Assembly (NCBI RefSeq): GCF_009914755.1
Contig: NC_060937.1
Source: the human T2T-CHM13v2.0 reference genome, Homo sapiens
Strand: one strand, 5' to 3'
DNA: 64,000 nt
The translations under genes were made by a program, and so were the position numbers. Under the pieces are notes generated by a model. The model saw only the letters and a program-made list of their open reading frames with translations, searched no databases and had not been told where the DNA came from. The first letter of the stretch is position 1. The number at the start of each line of letters is the position of its first letter. Positions 58,456 to 64,000 of the stretch are shown here, piece by piece.

Positions 58456-61400
58456 AAGACTACTGCCAGCTGTCTCCTCCCGTGCATTGAGAGTTCCGTT
58501 TCACTTTAGCTGGACAGATCTTTATGGTCTCTGTTAGCTGTGTGACTGTATGAGTCTTATTTATATCCATTTCATTATGTAATCTTAAAGCCTTGTCCAA
58601 ACATTTCTTTTTTAGTCTTTATCTTCCTAAGAGTTGGAGGCAAGTAGTATTTCTACTTTACAGATACTGAAGCAGAGCATGCACCTTGATAGCTGAAAGG
58701 GACTTTATATTCTACAGATGAGGAAACCGTGGTCCAGGGAAATAAAATGGCATATTCAAGGGAAAGCAGCAGGACAAAGTTGGCTCTAAGGCTTCTCTGG
58801 TTCAGGGCTCAATGCCTGGCCCTATAGCTTGGTAGGTTGACCTCTCTGTTTGCTGCTGGAAGCAACAAAGTTTCTTTCCTCTTCCTTTCCCTTGAGCTAA
58901 GAGGCATTGGAAGGTTTCACTTAGAAGGGGAACTCATCAGTGCTTTCCTTTCTTTTTTGTCTGAAAACTAAACATTTAAGAAATGTTTGCCTATGAGACA
59001 TGTAATAGCATAAATGGGATCATAACATCACAGTGGTATAAATTCAAATGTTTTAGAAAGAACTATCATTGTTATTTCTAAAACACCAGGAATGAACACC
59101 AAATGTACATGGTTTTCTTGAGGGAAACTATGTAATACATGGCAATTTGAAAATCAGTACCTGGAATGTTTAATTGTATTTTACATTTGTGGAGAGAAAT
59201 GCATTGGTACAAAGTGCTTACCTGATTTTCCTCATCTTTGCATCACAAATGAAAGAGCAGTAAAGGGGGAGCATAGAGTAGGTTGCTGTTTTTCTGTTGG
59301 CCTCTGCTGTACCCACATCCTTCTCTGGACTCCCACTGAGCCCCCTTGCTCCTGCCTCTGCTCCCTCCATGTTTAATGCCTCTTTTGGCTCCCCAGGGAA
59401 CCTGCAGGGTATTGTTGAATTGTGATGCTCACCTCCTCCATACCAGCCTGTCTTGACAGAATGAAACCCTGATGCCCTGAGGCAGGCATCCTATGTGATG
59501 GCTTCATCACTCCCTCCTAGGATGAGATGGGTGATCAGGTACCATCCTGGGGAGAAGGGAGGAAGCATTTGCGTGAGGTATCCTCTGTGTTCTGTGGTTT
59601 AGGTGAGGATGGTTATAACTGAGGAGCAAGTTAAGTTTCATTGCTCCCTAAATGAGATGGAGGTTCAGGGAAGCTGTCGTGGCCAGAGCCCCATAGTAAG
59701 TGGCAAGACTGAGACTGGACCCCGGGCTGCCTGGCTTAGGAGATCCACCTGCATCCCTCGGTGTGTCTGTCTTCCCTCTAACCTGTAACTCCCTGAGGCA
59801 GAAACTGCACCACAGAACCTTTCACAACATCGATAGCTCCTGTGTGCTGAGCTGAAGGTGAAGCTGGAGAGGAGAGACCAGGGGACCAGGGGACAAGAGC
59901 CTGAGGGCTCAGAGGAGTTCCCAGTCCAGCCGTCGCGCTAACTTCGGGGTTGTGGACGATGCCCTCTGTGCCTGCAAGAACCCTGGGGAGCTGTGGCAAC
60001 ACCGCAGAATGCAAGGAGAATGGCGTCTGTGTTTCCTGTATATGTATGTGGTTGTGGCCATGTGCTGTGGTCAGGATGTCAGCTTCGGTGGACACAGGTA
60101 ATGGCTGTCCTGTGGTCATCATGTTCCAGCATCTCGGAAATGGGGCTGTTGCTTCAGTGAACCAGGACCTTAAAGGACCTGACTTCTTGGTGAGCAATCA
60201 CTTCCACCCATTTCCCTGAAGCGGGACTGCCCTAGTCTTTGTGGAATCACGAGAGCGCAGACATTGTCACTTGAGGGATTCTGTGCCTGCCTCAGACTGT
60301 CTCCCACCCCAGCATGCCAGGTCTGCCCTGAAGACCCACCAGCATCCATCTGCACCCTCCAAGAGGACTCTACCTGTCCAATCCAGGAGAGGGGAAGGGC
60401 CAGCCTTTCCCCTCCACCCCCATTCATACCAGAGCAGGCTTTGTTTCTTAACACTGGCAAGCTCTCCTTAGAGAGAAGTAGAGCACAGGTCCGAAATGGC
60501 CAGACTGGAGAGTTTCAATGGAGGGAGGCAAGCTGCCTTCCTGGGTTCCTGGGCCACCCAGTCTCCTGCCCTCTTCTCCTCTCTCAGCCCTTCCCGGTTG
60601 CACCCCCCACCCACCCCAACTCCAACTTTAGCAGCAGGAAAGGGGACATCTTTACTCACTGTCTGGGACAGATGTACGGGGAGGGCAGGCTTTTATTGTC
60701 TTATTCCAATGGGGGCAGGAGGCTGGCAATGAGATGTGTTGTGGTATTGCTGATCAGAACGTTGATCACATCTTTTGCAGAAAATGTTGCTCTGTGTGAT
60801 AGGAACAGTCCATTGTACTTGAGTGTTAATGTGACAATTCAGTCTCATTACACAGGATTCTTAGGTCAGGCCCTAGCTCTTAGTCACCATGGGTGATGTA
60901 GAGATTGGTAAATGTGCCCTGAGTCCTAAACAACTTGCACATGTACTTTTAAACACATCCGGGTTGTGTGTTGTGACTCTATAGCTAAAAGAAAAATAGC
61001 CTCTGGTTCAGAAATGTGCTCCACTTCCACCCTTCCTGGGGGGTGGAGTGCTCTTCTGTAACGTATAAAAGTCTTTCTCATTCATCAGGAATGGCCTATT
61101 TAGGGATTTATGTGGATTTGCAGATTCTGCTATCACAAGTGTAATACCGATGATACTTCATGCTGGTTTGTAAGCATAAATGTATATGTAATACTTACTG
61201 TGTATCTTTTGTGTACTAGATGCTGAAGATGGAGAGATTGATCAGAGACAGTCCCATTTTCATGAAGAGACTCATATTCTTGTCTAGAGGGAGAGGCCCA
61301 TATGTAAAAGCAAAGCAGTGAAAAGTAGTGAGTGTGGCAGTCAGTTAGGGGAGAAGATGAGAGTTCAAAGATCCAGGAAGGCTTCCTGGAGGAGGAGCTG

Positions 61401-61569
61401 AGTCCAGTGTGGGCTGAATCCTAACAGAGGAGTGAGCAATTAGGGAAGGAGCTGACAAAGGAAAACCTTCTAGCCCTGGGGGACGGCGTAAACAGAGGTG
61501 AGGAGATGGGCTCCAGCTTGGTGACTTGAGGGACCCTTGAACATCTGTATCACTATAGCCCCAAGCGCA

Positions 61570-61760
61570 TCAGTCATGACTGAGTCTGTGTGCCTAGGGC
61601 ATGGTTCTAGCATCAGCAACACTTGGGGGTTTGTTAGGAAAGTAAATTCTAGGGCTCCCACCAGACCTATAAATTAGTTCTGTGAGTGGGGCCCAGCAAT
61701 CTGTTTTTTAACATGCCTTCTACATGTTTTTCAACCACAGAAATATTTGAAAGCCACTGT
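61570..61760. mobile_element. MER5A-like DNA transposon
   Basis: AGCATCAGCAACACTTGGGGGTTTGTTAGGAAAGTAAATTCT...GGGGCCCAGCAATCTGTTTTTTAACA. Confidence 0.7.
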
Positions 61761-61809
61761 TTTAGAGCATATGCTTCCTGGAGGCTCTGAACAGCTACTC
61801 TCCATGTCT

Positions 61810-61990
61810 GCCTCATAGTATTTGCAGAGAATGGTAATCCTCTTTTATGAGGGCATTAATCTCCTTCACGAGAGGGGAGCCCTCATGATTTAATCAGTTC
61901 CAAAAGGACCCACTTCTTCACATCATCACCTTGGGGTTTAAATTTCAACATCAAAATTTTGGAGGGACACATACATTCAGATCGTAGCAG
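61810..61990 (-). mobile_element. MST/MLT1A-like LTR fragment
   Basis: GGGCATTAATCTCCTTCACGAGAGGGGAGCCCTCATGATTTAATCA...GGGACACATACATTCAGATCGTAGCA. Confidence 0.75.
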
Positions 61991-61999
61991 TTCCCATCT

Positions 62000-62162
62000 C
62001 TCAGGGTTTCAAAACCTTTGCTGCATGTTTGAATTACCAGGGTGCCTTTAAATACATTGGTGCCTACTCTTACCTTCAAATGTTATGATTGGTTTGGGGT
62101 ATGACCTATGTGTTGAAATTTTTGAAAGCTTCCCAAGCGTAGTCAAGTTTGGGAACCACTGT
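62000..62162. mobile_element. MER5B-like fragment
   Basis: TTTGCTGCATGTTTGAATTACCAGGG...AAGCTTCCCA...AAGTTTGGGAACCACTG. Confidence 0.55.
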
Positions 62163-64000
62163 CATAGGTGAGGATTCCATGAATTGATCCTTGTAAAATG
62201 CCAGAGTGTCCTGGCCATCACGCAGGAAGTGCTTTGTGTGTGTGTCTCTCTGGTGGTGGAGGCTGTGATGGTTCTGTGATAGGAGGAGGTGGTGGTGGCA
62301 CCACGTCTGTTGTGTAATGAATGCTCGTTCAGTGTTGAACATGTGCCAGTTTGGACATGGTCGTGGTCCTCTCCTTTGGTCTGAGAGTTGGGAAGTAAAA
62401 CAGCTCCAGTGTGGTGGATCTGCACAGCTAATTCTGTAAGCTAATCCCAGGCAAAGATACAGAAGATGATGCTGCCAACAGAGAACACGGGGCCCACAGG
62501 CCAGCCTCCCCAGCAACCTGGCACCATTTTCCTCACCTCTCAACAGTACAAGCTTGAATTCTGAACAGCCAGGTTCTAAAATCGTGAAGTACCAATACTT
62601 CTGTGTGAATAGTGTGAATGGGAATGTTATGTGAATTGGGTGCCCTAGGATTTTGTACCTTCTCCAACCAATCAGTTGTACCCAAGTGCCAGTTTACACA
62701 CACACACACTCACTCACTCACTCCATCTCTAGACTTGGCCTTCTGTGGCAAGTGATCTGTCTTCTAGGGTCTAAATTTCATTGTTATAAACCATGTATTT
62801 CTAAACATTATTGGAAAGAGTGTATAATCTTTTTGTATTTCTTGTCCCATCATGAATATTCATTCTTCCTTCATTCATTGTTTTATTCATTCAGCAAATG
62901 TTGAGCAACTGCATCGGCCCTGACACTGAGCTCACAGTTTTATCCCTTTTCCTACTGTGGAGACATAAACATGTTTCTCTCTCTGTCAGCATGGACAAAG
63001 TAGGGTTTTTTTGGTCTTAATTTATAATGGTAGCCTTCTCTATTTCTGCCTCTTTATGACGTAATTATTCAACTTTTAATAATACAACATCTGAAGGACA
63101 TTTTTCATGTCGACTTCATGAGCCTTCTGTGAACCCTGCTGAGATTAATTAAATCAAACTCCATGCAGCAATTATCCTAAAATATCCCGACAAGTTATTA
63201 AAACTGAGTTTACCCAGGACTGTAAGACTTGAGTAAGTGACCCATAGCCGGTGCCCTTGGAATGAAGCCTGGGATCCAGTTTAATTTCTGTCAGTTTCTA
63301 ATTTCTTTTAGTGCAGAATCAGTCCTGGTAAGGTGGTTGAATTAATGACATACATGAAAAATATGTGAATTCATGTCTCGAGTTTATGATTTGCTCTCTT
63401 TCTGTGAAAAAGATAGATTATGTTTTTGGTTTTGTTTTGCCCTGCCAGCTTCCAAGTAACCACTTACTGTTAAATTGGCCCCAGTACACTTCAGTGTTTG
63501 TTGCAAATGGAAAGAATTGATTCACTATATTTTTTTCTGCTGCTGAATCACTAAGCAAAACTCTACTGCTGGGGAAACTTTTGTATCGCAGCACACAAGC
63601 AGCCCAGTATGATGGTAAAGACCAACCTCCATTGTGTGGTCTTACCATTGTCACTCGCGTTACCCACGGACTGAATAGGGTTTAGAAATACAGGCCTTCA
63701 AAGGAATTGCCGTTGCTTAAATGTTCCATGGCTGCTTCTGAAATAACATCCCTCCAGCCCTCATTCAAAACAAGAAAGAAGGAAGGGCATATATTAATAT
63801 CTGCAACTTCAGTGATATTCAAAAGTATTATATATTTAAATAAGGAAAGTTAAAATCCATTTTAATTTTAAAAATTTGAAGTTAAATAATTCAAAATATA
63901 CTAAAAAATAAAAAGCCCACACAGTATTCTTTAAATGGTATGTTTTACCATCTACCAGACCTGCTTTCTACCTTTGACTTTTCTTTTTTGTTGTTTTCTT

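Noticed and set aside
60264-60896. 210-aa plus-strand ORF in intron 1
   Set aside because: Non-ATG start, and no resemblance to the SH3/DH/PH content expected for SPATA13 or to any family I recognise.

Overview
Primate (human-like) genomic DNA, largely non-coding and rich in interspersed repeats (Alu, L1, MaLR/ERVL LTRs, MIR/L2, MER1B/MER5, a mariner remnant). I found no intact protein-coding exon. Three landmarks stand out. (1) A minus-strand, 5'-truncated processed pseudogene of importin-7 (IPO7) at ~16036-18837, with stops, a frameshifting internal gap that looks like exon skipping, and a hairpin-type templated insertion. (2) A CpG-island promoter with a phased KLF/SP-box array and an ATG-free first exon ending in GAG|GTAAGA (~55600-55957, + strand). 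(3) The MIR2276 hairpin at 57441-57529. From memory this combination is the human SPATA13 (ASEF2) locus at 13q12 with IPO7P2; a genome alignment is needed to confirm it. I did not find a convincing novel biological system. The best leads are the isoform fossilised in the IPO7 retrocopy, a very young AluYa5-lineage insertion and a candidate unannotated exon. Repeat subfamily calls are by eye against remembered consensus sequences, and boundaries of old repeats are approximate.
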